The notes under the pieces are model-generated. The model was not told the DNA's origin, ran no database searches, and saw nothing but the letters and a program-made list of their open reading frames with translations. The translations under genes and the position numbers were made by a program. Of a stretch of DNA of 34,215 bases, positions 1-6,676 are shown in pieces. Numbering within the stretch: position 1 is the stretch's first letter; every line of letters starts with the position of its first letter. The DNA lies in IMG/VR virus record IMGVR_UViG_3300032233_001131, positions 1 through 34,215 of that record; one strand, written 5' to 3'. The DNA is from a virus (lineage: Duplodnaviria > Caudoviricetes).

Positions 1-202
1 CGCCCGCATAGGCGTACTCACGAAGCAGCTCACCATCAAGGCCGAGCGCTTGCTCTAGCAACAGGACAGTGCGTCGGGTCGGTCGAGTGCGACCCTGCTC
101 CCAGCCCGACACCGAGGTGTAGTGCATCTCCAGGTGGTCAGCAAGCTGCTGCTGCGTCATACCCGCTTTGTCGCGGAATGCTTTGAGTGCCTCGCCTGCC
201 AT
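1..202 (-). CDS. XRE-family HTH immunity repressor (C-terminus runs off the window)
   Basis: Hand translation from ATG at 202: MAGEALKAFRDKAGMTQQQLADHLEMHYTSVSGWEQGRTRP..., a typical XRE HTH (TQQQLA...SVSGWEQG). It is divergent from xis and absent from the supplied ORF track. Confidence 0.88.
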   Translation of the reverse strand, partial: MAGEALKAFRDKAGMTQQQLADHLEMHYTSVSGWEQGRTRPTRRTVLLLEQALGLDGELLREYAYAG

Positions 203-324
203 GAGTCCACCATAACTGAACGCTCATTCAATAGCCATAGCTGCAGCATCACTTGTCGTGGTACTCAGAATGGAAGCCAAGAATCTTCTTGACATCGGTC
301 ATAGTCAGTGGTTCACTACCGCCC
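203..324. promoter_or_regulatory. Divergent immunity switch region with probable leaderless promoters
   Basis: Rightward: TTGACA (289-294), 17 bp, TTCACT (312-317) preceded by TGn, with ATG at 325. Leftward: TATGGT (complement of 209-214), 6 nt before the repressor ATG. The region is AT-rich. Confidence 0.6.
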
Positions 325-534
325 ATGGTTGCCACGAACCCACACACAGCGGTGCCGACGCACCTGAAGCTGGCTTTGTCGGTGCGAGAGGTCGCAGAGA
401 TGTGCAGCATCTCCACGACGAGCGTCGACAAGCTCATCGCCCAAGGCGTCCTGCCCCGAGTCCCGCACACCGGCCGAGTCCTCGTCCCCCGCACCGCTGT
501 CGAGCGTTGGGTGAACAGCGGGGTGGCGGCATGA
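325..534 (+). CDS. xis: Excisionase / HTH_17 DNA-binding protein
   Basis: ALSVREVAEMCSISTTSVDKLIAQGVLP...GRVLVPRTAVERW is a winged-HTH Xis pattern; first gene of the early operon. Confidence 0.8.
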   Translation: MVATNPHTAVPTHLKLALSVREVAEMCSISTTSVDKLIAQGVLPRVPHTGRVLVPRTAVERWVNSGVAA

Positions 535-680
535 CGACCGACATGCTCCTCGCCGTCTTCCTCGTCGGCCCGCTCACCTGGCTGTGCCTGCGTGGCGAGA
601 TCCGCACCTGGCTCGACACCCGTCGCCAGGCCGAGCGTGACCGCAACGCACGCATCGTGCGCGAGCTCCGCCACCACTGA
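531..680 (+). CDS. Small membrane protein, 49 aa
   Basis: ATGA overlap with xis; N-terminal hydrophobic segment MLLAVFLVGPLTWLCL. Confidence 0.6.
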   Translation: MTTDMLLAVFLVGPLTWLCLRGEIRTWLDTRRQAERDRNARIVRELRHH

Positions 681-714
681 CCCCAACCTCCCACGTTGCC
701 CTCTAGGAGACCAA

Positions 715-867
715 GTGATCCCGACACTTCTTCGACCTCTCATCCGCATCGCCCGTCGTCCTCGCATCCGACCGGCTCTGACGCAGATGAGCCGTCCCCA
801 GCCGGCATCCCCCCAGCCGGCTGGGGACACCCTTCGCATCACCCGTCACATCGGAGCGCTGCTGTGA
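715..867 (+). CDS. Small hypothetical protein
   Basis: AGGAGA RBS before GTG 715 and GTGA overlap with the next ORF. It contains a strong hairpin, so the ORF could be spurious. Confidence 0.4.
   Translation: MIPTLLRPLIRIARRPRIRPALTQMSRPQPASPQPAGDTLRITRHIGALL
794..828. terminator. 13-bp perfect hairpin, possible early terminator or attenuator
   Basis: GTCCCCAGCCGGC (794-806) pairs with GCCGGCTGGGGAC (816-828); no U-tract. Confidence 0.35.
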
Positions 868-1139
868 ACCGGCCCGTCACCGTCCGGTACTTCCCGGCAC
901 GCCTGCGTGACGTGGAGAACCACCAGTCGACCGGCTTCATCGTCGAGAACCGGTACCACCGCAAGTCGATGCGCCGCAACTACCGCTTCCTGCGTCGTGC
1001 TGGCATGAGCGCCGCGATCGTGCGCAGTTTGCTCCTTGACGCGTACGCAACTGGTGCTGCATCCAAGTTCCACTGGGACAGCCCGAAGCCCGCCCTGGTC
1101 GACCGCGTCGACGCCGCACGTTCGGCAGGTGAACTGTGA
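864..1139 (+). CDS. Hypothetical protein, 91 aa
   Basis: GTGA coupling at both ends; phage-like codon usage. Confidence 0.6.
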   Translation: MNRPVTVRYFPARLRDVENHQSTGFIVENRYHRKSMRRNYRFLRRAGMSAAIVRSLLLDAYATGAASKFHWDSPKPALVDRVDAARSAGEL

Positions 1140-2572
1140 AGGCCGTCGCCGAAGTCCGTGGTGATGGTGTGCAGCGTGGCCGTGGTGGCTTCATGCGTTC
1201 CGTCACCGATGTCCCCTACATCAGCGACCCGAACGGCGAGCTCGTCAAGTCCGGCCCTCGCAAGGGCGAATGGAAGCGGCTGCCGTACTCGTCGACATCG
1301 GGCTTCGGCACCCTCATCGAGAACCGTGGCTCGCTGGAGAAGTGGTCCGAACGCAAGGTGATCGAAGGGCTTGCCATCGGCTCCACCGTCATCGACGAAC
1401 TGTTCCAGTCGTACCACCTGTGCAACGACGAAACGATCCGCAAGACCATTGCCGACGAGATCGTCGCCAGGGCGAAGCGGGAAGCGAACTCGATGCTCGC
1501 CGCCGACCGTGGCACCCACGCCCACCTGATCTGCGAACTCGTCGACAAAGACCAACCGTGGGACCACATCGTTGCCGACGGTGAAGCCCTCGGCATCACG
1601 ATCGACCAGCAGCAGGACATTGCTGACGCATGGTGGACGATGCTGAAGGACCGTGGCCTTGAGGTCGTCGCCGTCGAAGCATCGGTGGTTGACGACGAAT
1701 GGCGCTGCGCCGGCACCTTGGACCGGATCGTGCGCACCACCAAGCCGCTGTACTTCGCCCTGAAGTCGGGTGAGATCATCGTGATCTACCCCGACACCTG
1801 GCTAGTGCTCGACATCAAGTCGGGATCGACCCGGCTCACGCACGCCATCCAAACCTGTTCGTACGCCAAGTCGCAGCCGTACGACACCGAAACCGAAACC
1901 CGTCAGGACTGGCCGTTCAACGTCGACCAGGAGCACGCCTTGATCGCCCACGTCGACATCGACAGCGGCAAGTGCGACCTCGTCTACGTTGACCTTGTCG
2001 CAGGCCGCTGGGCCGGTGATGTCGTCGTGCAAGCCAAAGCGTGGGAGCGTCGCACCGACGTGTTCAGCGTCGCCGAACTTCCCGGTCTGCTCATCGAAGC
2101 CGCAGAAGAGTTGACGCCCGCCGACCAGCACGCCGCCGTCGAATCACGCGGTGTGCCCGACGAAGGCGACGGCGTTGTCGACCCGACGTTCAAGGTACTT
2201 GAGGACTCGTACAAGCAGCTCGGTGCCGATGGCCGGCTGTGGATCACGGCGTTGACGAAGTCGGCAACGCAGGCCGGTGTGCCGTTCCATTCGTCCGGCA
2301 ACCGCACCATCCGTCGCTACGAGATCATCCGTGGCCTCGTCTCAATGGCGACCACGCACCCCGATGACGATCTCGTTCGGGCGTTGCTGGAGCCGATCAT
2401 CGGCGACTGCGCCCAGTTCCCCAGCGTGCCCGTCGGGCACCTCCTCGGCTCGCTGTCCTCCACCGAGGCCGCCAAGTTCGCCACCGCCGCCGACGACCTC
2501 GTCGCCGGTGTCGTCGCCCTCGTCTTCGACGACGCAGGGCGAGCCCACATTCGCACCGCATACGCGGCGTGA
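1136..2572 (+). CDS. PD-(D/E)XK (RecB/Cas4-like) exonuclease with C-terminal extension
   Basis: Motifs RGTHAHLICE, VEA, AGTLDRIV, VLDIKSG, Q..SY. Confidence 0.8.
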   Translation: MKAVAEVRGDGVQRGRGGFMRSVTDVPYISDPNGELVKSGPRKGEWKRLPYSSTSGFGTLIENRGSLEKWSERKVIEGLAIGSTVIDELFQSYHLCNDETIRKTIADEIVARAKREANSMLAADRGTHAHLICELVDKDQPWDHIVADGEALGITIDQQQDIADAWWTMLKDRGLEVVAVEASVVDDEWRCAGTLDRIVRTTKPLYFALKSGEIIVIYPDTWLVLDIKSGSTRLTHAIQTCSYAKSQPYDTETETRQDWPFNVDQEHALIAHVDIDSGKCDLVYVDLVAGRWAGDVVVQAKAWERRTDVFSVAELPGLLIEAAEELTPADQHAAVESRGVPDEGDGVVDPTFKVLEDSYKQLGADGRLWITALTKSATQAGVPFHSSGNRTIRRYEIIRGLVSMATTHPDDDLVRALLEPIIGDCAQFPSVPVGHLLGSLSSTEAAKFATAADDLVAGVVALVFDDAGRAHIRTAYAA

Positions 2573-2600
2573 ACCCCAACAAGCAGAAAGCACCTGACCA

Positions 2601-2993
2601 ATGAAAGCACCCAGCACCCCTTCGTCGGGCGAGAAGCTCGACCTCGACGGCATCAACGGAGCACTCCTGTACATCACTGTGCACGAGCTGGTGAAGGACA
2701 TCGACACATCGTTCGGCAAGACCAACGCCGTGCGTGTCGATGTCGCCGTCCTCGATGGCGACCACAAGGGCTCCACCTTCGACGACACGCTGATCTTTCC
2801 TCGCGTACTGCAGTCGCAGTTGTCGCAGGACATCGGCGACAGCGTCCTCGGCCGGCTCGGCAAAGGCGAAGCGAAGCCCGGCAAGTCGGCCCCGTGGCTG
2901 CTCCTGGCCCCCAGCGCCGCCGACCTGAAGATCGGCGAGAAGTACGAGGCGTACGCCGCCAGTCAGAAGGCCAGCCAGGAAGAGCCGTTCTGA
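2601..2993 (+). CDS. Putative single-stranded DNA-binding protein (actinophage type)
   Basis: Follows the exonuclease; beta-rich OB-like pattern, GKGEAKPGKSAPWLL motif, SSB-like acidic C-terminus ending EEPF. Confidence 0.55.
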   Translation: MKAPSTPSSGEKLDLDGINGALLYITVHELVKDIDTSFGKTNAVRVDVAVLDGDHKGSTFDDTLIFPRVLQSQLSQDIGDSVLGRLGKGEAKPGKSAPWLLLAPSAADLKIGEKYEAYAASQKASQEEPF

Positions 2994-3003
2994 GGCGTTG
3001 ACA

Positions 3004-3019
3004 GCCGGGAAAGACCGGC
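3004..3019 (+). promoter_or_regulatory. boxB-like RNA hairpin
   Basis: GCCGG-GAAAGA-CCGGC: 5-bp GC stem with a purine-rich loop, intergenic. Confidence 0.4.
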
Positions 3020-3020
3020 A

Positions 3021-3082
3021 CTCCACGGCAGGCGCACGACAACGCACGGTCGTCCCCGGTTCAACTCTGGGCGTGGAGACCA
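3021..3082 (+). ncRNA. D-arm-less tRNA-like element with encoded 3' ACCA
   Basis: Acceptor stem CTCCACG (3021-27)/CGTGGAG (3072-78); central stem ACGAC/GTCGT with an 8-nt loop; T-arm CCCGG-TTCAACT-CTGGG; then A-CCA. Confidence 0.7.
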
Positions 3083-3105
3083 ACAACAACCAGCAAGGGG
3101 AAGCA

Positions 3106-3450
3106 GTGCAAACATTCCGAGTCCACGACGCTGTCGACGACCTCCTCGACGACCTCGTCGTACGCGCTAAGAGCACCCTCAAGGATCTTGACGCCCAGAT
3201 GGAGCGACTGCAGTCGACACGGGCCGTCATCGTCAGAATGGTCGACAGCATCCGCCACACCCCGACGGCAACAATTGTTGCCGACAAGCCGGCCCCGAAG
3301 CTGAAGGTCGTCCAGGCGGTCACCGTCACCTGCCCGCACTGCGATGTCACGTCGACACCGCACGGTCTGAAGGTGCACATCGCCCGCAAGCACCGTCGCC
3401 CCTCGTTCGACGCCCAGGCCGCTCGCGACGCTGCTGCAACAGCGATCTGA
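3106..3450 (+). CDS. Coiled-coil plus C2H2 zinc-finger protein
   Basis: AAGGGG RBS before GTG 3106; CPHC-x12-HIARKH motif. Confidence 0.65.
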   Translation: MQTFRVHDAVDDLLDDLVVRAKSTLKDLDAQMERLQSTRAVIVRMVDSIRHTPTATIVADKPAPKLKVVQAVTVTCPHCDVTSTPHGLKVHIARKHRRPSFDAQAARDAAATAI

Positions 3451-3878
3451 TGGTCGACGAACCCGAGGCGTGGCGCAAGGACGCCGCCTGCCTGGAGACG
3501 CCGTACGTCAACTTCTTCCCCGGCCGTGGCGAACCCACGAAGGCGACGAAGGCCGTATGTGACACCTGTCTCGTACGTGCCGAATGCCTCGAGTACGCGA
3601 TCGCCAACGAAGAAGTGTTCGGCATCTGGGGTGGCACCTCGGAACGTCAGCGACGACAGATGCGCAAAGCCATCCGTGACGCAAACGGCATCAAGTCGCG
3701 CGGCCGACAGTTCGGCGACGTTGCCCCTGCGGCTTGCGGAACAAGTTCCGGCTACGAGCGTCACCGTCGTGAGAAGACGACGCCATGCGCCGCCTGTCGT
3801 GCAGCACGCACCCAGCAGGCAGCCCGGTACCGCGAAGAGCGTCGCCTCAGGCGGCAAATCGAAGGAGGAGCCGCATGA
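3450..3878 (+). CDS. whiB: WhiB-family transcription factor with an extra C-terminal Cys/His motif
   Basis: W...AAC...FFP...KAVCDTCLVRAECLEYA...GIWGG has the four Cys and G(I/V)WGG; the tail carries CGT..GY.RH...C.AC. Confidence 0.92.
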   Translation: MVDEPEAWRKDAACLETPYVNFFPGRGEPTKATKAVCDTCLVRAECLEYAIANEEVFGIWGGTSERQRRQMRKAIRDANGIKSRGRQFGDVAPAACGTSSGYERHRREKTTPCAACRAARTQQAARYREERRLRRQIEGGAA

Positions 3879-4042
3879 GCGACACGCCCGACCCCAGCGT
3901 CATCACCGACCCGAACACCAACGAGTCGATCACGCTCGAGCAATGGCTCGCCCTGGGGTACGGGCCCGACGGCCACAAAACACGCAACCTGACCGACGAC
4001 CCCATCGGTCTCCACCCCCACGCGAAGCCAGGAACCACATGA
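3875..4042 (+). CDS. Small hypothetical protein
   Basis: AGGAGGAG RBS and ATGA overlaps on both sides. Confidence 0.6.
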   Translation: MSDTPDPSVITDPNTNESITLEQWLALGYGPDGHKTRNLTDDPIGLHPHAKPGTT

Positions 4043-4536
4043 GCATCATCATCGGCGTCGACCCCGGCAAGTCCGGCGCAATCGCCGCACTCACCTACGA
4101 AGGCCGACTTGTCGGTGTCGACGACATGCCCGTCGTCGGCCCGATCATCTCGCCCGTACTGCTTGACGAAGCGGTCCACAACTACATCGACCCGTTGAGC
4201 CTCACCCAGGGTGTCGCCGTCATCGAGGACGTGCACGCGATGCCGAAGCAGGGCGTGTCGAGCGTGTTCTCGTTCGGACGTGCCCTCGGTGTCGTCGAAG
4301 CGGTCTGCGCGTGCAACGAGCTCGCCATCCACTACGTGCCGCCGGCCCGCTGGAAGAAGAACCTCGGCCTGTCATCCGACAAAGGCGTCAGCCGACGCCG
4401 TGCGATCGAACTGTGGCCGGCATCGGCCGACCTGTTCAAGCGTGTCAAGGACGACGGACGGGCCGAGGCCGCACTCATCGCCTACTGGTGGCTGCAACAC
4501 GGCCCTGGCATGGCAACAACCCAAGGAGACAAATGA
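4039..4536 (+). CDS. RuvC-like Holliday junction resolvase
   Basis: IIGVDPGKSGA, VIEDV, SVFSFG, P..WKK, DGRAEAALIA. Confidence 0.88.
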   Translation: MSIIIGVDPGKSGAIAALTYEGRLVGVDDMPVVGPIISPVLLDEAVHNYIDPLSLTQGVAVIEDVHAMPKQGVSSVFSFGRALGVVEAVCACNELAIHYVPPARWKKNLGLSSDKGVSRRRAIELWPASADLFKRVKDDGRAEAALIAYWWLQHGPGMATTQGDK

Positions 4537-4910
4537 TGCGCCGCATCGCCGCACTCACCGCCGCACTGTCGCTCGCCACCGTGCTGCCCACCACCACCGA
4601 AGCCGCCACCGGCCGCTGCACCCAGTACGAGTCCGTTGCTCGACGTGCCGGCTGGCCCGCACACGCCATTGGCCGAGTCAGCTACATCACGTGGCGAGAG
4701 ACCAGGTGCTCGCCGACGGCCTACAACGGCCGCAACCGTGACCGCTCCTACGGCCTGATGCAGATCAACACCAAGGGCGCACTGTGGGCCGAAGTCGCAC
4801 GCCGCTGCCACCTGACCAACCGTCAGCAACTGTTCGTGCCGTCGATCAACCTGGCGTGCGGCCACCGGCTCTACGTTGCCTACGGGTGGCGTCCCTGGGG
4901 CTGGCAATGA
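4533..4910 (+). CDS. Secreted lytic transglycosylase (SLT/lysozyme-like)
   Basis: Signal peptide MMRRIAALTAALSLA...EAA; catalytic Glu in WRETRC, SYGLMQIN, NL..G..LY, GWRPW. Confidence 0.82.
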   Translation: MMRRIAALTAALSLATVLPTTTEAATGRCTQYESVARRAGWPAHAIGRVSYITWRETRCSPTAYNGRNRDRSYGLMQINTKGALWAEVARRCHLTNRQQLFVPSINLACGHRLYVAYGWRPWGWQ

Positions 4911-5227
4911 GCGACCTGACACTGACATGGGCCCAAGTTCACGCGTGTCTGGCAGCGAAGTACGGCAAGCGTGCTTTCGACGCGCTGGATGACCTGCTGT
5001 GCGCCACTATCGGCAACGAGCGACTCATGGACGAAGCCGCCGACGAGATCGTGCGCCTGCGTGCCGTGCTGAATGACATCGCCGCTCATGTCAGGCGGAG
5101 CATCGACGGCGAACCCCGCAGTGAATACGCGGCGGGCTACGACGAAGCGTGTATTGATGTGCTGGCGATCCTGCCCCCGATGACGCTTGACGAAGCCATC
5201 GACACGCTCGGGACGGTGCACAAGTGA
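4907..5227 (+). CDS. Hypothetical protein, 106 aa
   Basis: ATGA coupling; EAADEIVRLRA segment resembles short phage coiled-coil motifs. Confidence 0.65.
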   Translation: MSDLTLTWAQVHACLAAKYGKRAFDALDDLLCATIGNERLMDEAADEIVRLRAVLNDIAAHVRRSIDGEPRSEYAAGYDEACIDVLAILPPMTLDEAIDTLGTVHK

Positions 5228-5385
5228 GCGACACGAACCAAACGACGCTGTTTGACAACACCGACCGCCACGAATGCCCGTCATGCCACTTGGTGTGGTC
5301 CGGTCCACGGCCAAAGAGCAAGACGTACTGGTGGCTGCACGGGGGCACCTGCTACGGCTGCGAAGGCCCGGTGCACAAGTGAGCG
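5214..5385 (+). repeat. 17-bp direct repeat flanking a small gene
   Basis: CGGTGCACAAGTGAGCG at 5214-5230 and 5369-5385. Confidence 0.9.
5224..5382 (+). CDS. 52-aa CxxC...CxxC zinc-ribbon protein
   Basis: Hand translation: VSDTNQTTLFDNTDRHECPSCHLVWSGPRPKSKTYWWLHGGTCYGCEGPVHK; GTGA overlaps on both sides. Confidence 0.65.
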   Translation: MSDTNQTTLFDNTDRHECPSCHLVWSGPRPKSKTYWWLHGGTCYGCEGPVHK

Positions 5386-5576
5386 CCGAGGTCATCACCA
5401 GCCAAGCCCACGTCGTCGTCGTACAACCGGCCGTCGTCATCGAGCACGGCATCGGCATTCTCGCCACCTGCCACAACCACATCATCGCCGTCCGCCTGGC
5501 CGAACTGTGGAACCGCTACGGGCTCGCCGACGTGCCCGACACCGTTGCTGGACTAACCGAACAGGAGAGCCAATGA
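5379..5576 (+). CDS. Small hypothetical protein
   Basis: Coupled by GTGA/ATGA overlaps. Confidence 0.6.
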   Translation: MSAEVITSQAHVVVVQPAVVIEHGIGILATCHNHIIAVRLAELWNRYGLADVPDTVAGLTEQESQ

Positions 5577-6676
5577 CCCAGACAACTGGTCCAGCGCGCA
5601 ACATCTACCTCGCTGGCAAGATCACAAAGAACGGCTGGCGTCAGCAGTTTGTCGACCCTTCGTACAGTGAGATTGAACGGACGGACAAGAGCAGCTTCCC
5701 CTACGCAAAGAAGGATTTACGTCCCAACTCGATGCCGCTTGACGAGTGGATCGACCGGCCGCATCAGCAACCGATGCGCGACGGTGTTCTGAACTACGTC
5801 GGGCCGTGGTTTATCTCCTGTGATCACGGCTGCTCACATTCAGGCGAAGATTCACACGCAACCGTCGGTGGATGCATTGAGGGAGACATTGTCGCCGCCA
5901 GAATGGCAGCAGCTAACTCCTGCTTGGCTGCGATTGAACGTTGTGATGCCCTTGTCGCTCTAGTCAGCGACGATGCTCACGGAACGCTGGTGGAAATCGG
6001 CTTTGCATTGGGGATCCGTCGGCAGGTCTTCGTGACGGATGTCATCAAGTGCTGTGGTGGAAAAGAACTGTTGTTTGCTCAACGGAACGACGCCTTGGAA
6101 GCATGGTTTGCGCTCTACGCAACCGGGTTCAGAATCGAAGCCACGGTGGTGTGCTGTGTTACCCATGTGCTTGATTGGCTTGGGTTCCATCGGAAACGGG
6201 TCGACATTGAAAACGCGCGCGCCGAAGAAAGCCAGCGCTGCGAGTCGCCGCCAGAAAAAGCCTTGCTGGCCGCTATGCGAAAGCATCGGGAACTGGACGC
6301 ATTTCATCCGCAAGTCGCCGTCCAGGGAGGCCGGTACCGCCTTGATTTCGGCGATACGCAACGGCGCATCGCTGTCGAGGTAGATGGACTTCGCTACCAC
6401 AACGGTCAAGAGTCGTTTGCTAGGGACCGGCGTCGCGAACGCGACCTAGTGCTTGACGGGTGGCAGGTGGTGCGCTTCGCAGCCATCGAAGTGAACAACA
6501 ACGCTGACGCTTGCGCCCAGCAGCTCGTCACCATTGTGTCGACAGGAAACCTCAAGTTGGCGCAAAGCGCGACAGACATCCATCTGACTAGAGCCACCGT
6601 CATCGACCCCACCACCGGTCGCGCTGCACTCGGCAATCGGGCTCATCCTGCGACTTCGGCGGTGTCGGATTCGTGA
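5573..6676 (+). CDS. Nucleoside 2-deoxyribosyltransferase-like domain fused to a DUF559/Vsr-like endonuclease
   Basis: N-terminal: IYLAGKI...WR, AIERCDALVA..DAHGTLVEIGFA. C-terminal: ESPPE, Q...YRLDF, IAVEVDG..YH, RDR.RE..L...GW.V.RF. AGGAGA RBS. Confidence 0.75.
   Translation: MTQTTGPARNIYLAGKITKNGWRQQFVDPSYSEIERTDKSSFPYAKKDLRPNSMPLDEWIDRPHQQPMRDGVLNYVGPWFISCDHGCSHSGEDSHATVGGCIEGDIVAARMAAANSCLAAIERCDALVALVSDDAHGTLVEIGFALGIRRQVFVTDVIKCCGGKELLFAQRNDALEAWFALYATGFRIEATVVCCVTHVLDWLGFHRKRVDIENARAEESQRCESPPEKALLAAMRKHRELDAFHPQVAVQGGRYRLDFGDTQRRIAVEVDGLRYHNGQESFARDRRRERDLVLDGWQVVRFAAIEVNNNADACAQQLVTIVSTGNLKLAQSATDIHLTRATVIDPTTGRAALGNRAHPATSAVSDS

Noticed and set aside
2998-3026. TTGACA as a promoter for the tRNA-like element
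   Set aside because: No -10 hexamer at 16-19 bp spacing.
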